Below are positions 62,247 to 64,000 of a stretch of 64,000 bases of DNA, piece by piece. Origin of the DNA: the human T2T-CHM13v2.0 reference genome, Homo sapiens. Below the pieces are notes generated by a model. That model saw only the letters and a program-made list of their open reading frames with translations. It was not told the origin of the DNA and did no database searches. Made by a program: the position numbers and the translations under genes. The stretch's first letter is position 1. The number at the start of each line of letters is the position of its first letter. The stretch lies in assembly GCF_009914755.1 (NCBI RefSeq), contig NC_060926.1. One strand, given 5' to 3'.

Positions 62247-62637
62247 TGTCATGTGCTTCTGTGTAAAGAGTCCACCAAACAGGCTTTGTGTGAGCAACAA
62301 GGCTGTTTATTTCACCTGGTTGCAGGCGGGCTGAGTCCAAAAAGAGAGTCAGCAAAGGGAGATAGGGATGGGGCCGTTTTATAGGATTTGGGTAGGTAGT
62401 GGAAAATTACAATCAAAGGGGATTGTTCTCTGGTGGGCAGGGGCGGGGGTCACAAGGTGCTCAGTGGGGGAGCTTCTGAGCCAGGAGAAGGAATTTCACA
62501 AGGTAATGTCATCAGTTAAGGCAGGAACTAGCCATTTTTACTTCTTTTGAGATTCTGCAGTTACTTCAGGCCATCTGGATGTATATGTGCAGGTCACAGG
62601 GGATATGATGGTTTAGCTTGGGCTCAGAGACCTGACA
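62247..62637 (-). promoter_or_regulatory. 5' LTR (LTR7 family), with cctataaaac TATA and aataaa on the minus strand
   Basis: Direct repeat of the 3' LTR, followed by the PBS; activity not testable from sequence. Confidence 0.9.
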
Positions 62638-64000
62638 GTTGTCTGTAAATCAAGACCATATTATGTTTTTTTTTCCTATGTGGATGCTTTACTGAACTGG
62701 CTATGATCTCCTGTGAGATGCTGAGTAGGAGTGGTGATGTCAGACATGTTTGACTTCCTCCTGATCGTAAGGGGAAAACATTCAGACTTTGTATGCATAG
62801 ATTAATATACATTTTTTATAGATGCCATTTATTAGCTTGAGAAAGTTACTCTGTATCCTGGTTTGCTGAGAGTTTTACCATGAATGGATGTTGAATTTTG
62901 TAAAATGGCTTTTCTGCGTCTATTAAGATAACATGTGGTTTTCTTTTCCAGTGTGTTGCTTGAGATACCAGATTATTACATTGATTGATTTTTCAAATGT
63001 TGAGCCAGACTTGCATTCCTGGGGTAAACCCCACTTGTTCATGAATCAGCTGTTTATCCAAGGAGGCCTGGTTCCTTTAATTGAAGAAAGGTATTTAGAA
63101 ATCAAATCTCCTTTATTTTTATAATTTTATGTAACTCTGTAATTCACATGCCATCAAAATGACCCTTTAGAAGTATAATTAAATGCTTTATATTATGTTC
63201 ACAGAGTTGGATGGTCATTACCACTCTCTAATTTCAGAATATTTTTATCACCCTAAAGGGAAACTGTGTACCCATTAACAGTCACTCCTTATTCCCTACC
63301 CCTAGTCTACTAATCGACCTTCAGTATCTGTGGATTTGCCTATTATCAGTGTTCCATACAAATTGAATCAAATAATGTGTCCCTTTATGTCTGTCTTCTC
63401 TTACTCAGCATAATGTTTTCAAGGTTATTCCATGTTGTAGCATGTATCAGTACTTTATTCTTTTAATGGCTGAATAGTATTCCATTGTGTGTTAATTCTT
63501 TAAATGTTTGGTAGAATTCACAAGTGAAGCCATTTGTGCTTAGCTTTTTCTGTTTTCATGGGAAGTTTTTTGATTACTAATTCAGTCTCTTTACTTGTTA
63601 TAGTTTTATTTATACTTTATGTTTCTTCTTGAGTTACTTTCAGTAGTTTGTGTCTTTCTAAGAATTTATAAATTTTGTGTAGGTTATTTAACTCATTGGC
63701 AAACAATTATTTATAGTAGTCTCTTATAATCACCTTATTTCTGTGAAGTCAATAGTGTTATTCCCTGTACATTTCTGATTTTATCAATTTTAGTGTTCTC
63801 TTTTTTTCTTGATCAGTCTAGCTAAAAGTTTGTCAATTTTGCTGATTTTTTTTTCCAAAAATCTAGCTTTTGGTTTCACTGAATTTTCTCGTTTTAAAAT
63901 TTTCTATTTTACTTTTTCCACTCTAATCTTTATTATTTTTTCCTTCTGCTTGCCTTGAGTTTTGTTTGCTCTTTCCTTTTTGTATAGCTTCTTAAGGTGG

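Larger units (their letters stand above)
56845..62637 (-). mobile_element. HERV-H provirus (5.8 kb, env-deleted type) with two LTR7-family LTRs
   Basis: TG...CA LTRs; 5-bp TSD gttgt at 56840-56844 and 62638-62642; PPT aagaagacaggaa at 57240-57228; gag, pro, RT and IN relics. Confidence 0.96.

Overview
Primate, human-like intronic DNA. Four short + strand coding exons (10006-10132, 11564-11664, 20360-20428, 26604-26645) have canonical AG/GT borders and splice in frame to VDSKGKEPCKYDGIPPKTQDSVYYAKEEKKKTLAEPLVQRGA-EGDVYKAPTPSKETQGALDVKEEHNVQLEVPVDQ-RQAEIVKEDEEIHENTPDFEGNK-DKEDARLCEDVERK. From memory this is the C-terminal part of DCDC2C; its upstream exons and last exon are not in the window. 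The rest is mainly repeats: a full-length inactive L1PA2/3-type element inside a Charlie1 transposon, an L1PA8-like element and a HERV-H provirus nested in an older L1M, ten Alus, MaLR/L2/MIR relics and two minisatellites. Most ORF-track entries are spurious. I found no convincing new multi-gene system. The most notable details are a tRNA-Phe rather than tRNA-His primer-binding site in the HERV-H, a templated 97-bp insertion at the tip of an AT-rich palindrome, a 46-bp hairpin and a dead exon duplicate near the 42-nt exon, a 10-bp repeat at both ends of one intron, and an open L1 ORF0 on the host-gene strand.
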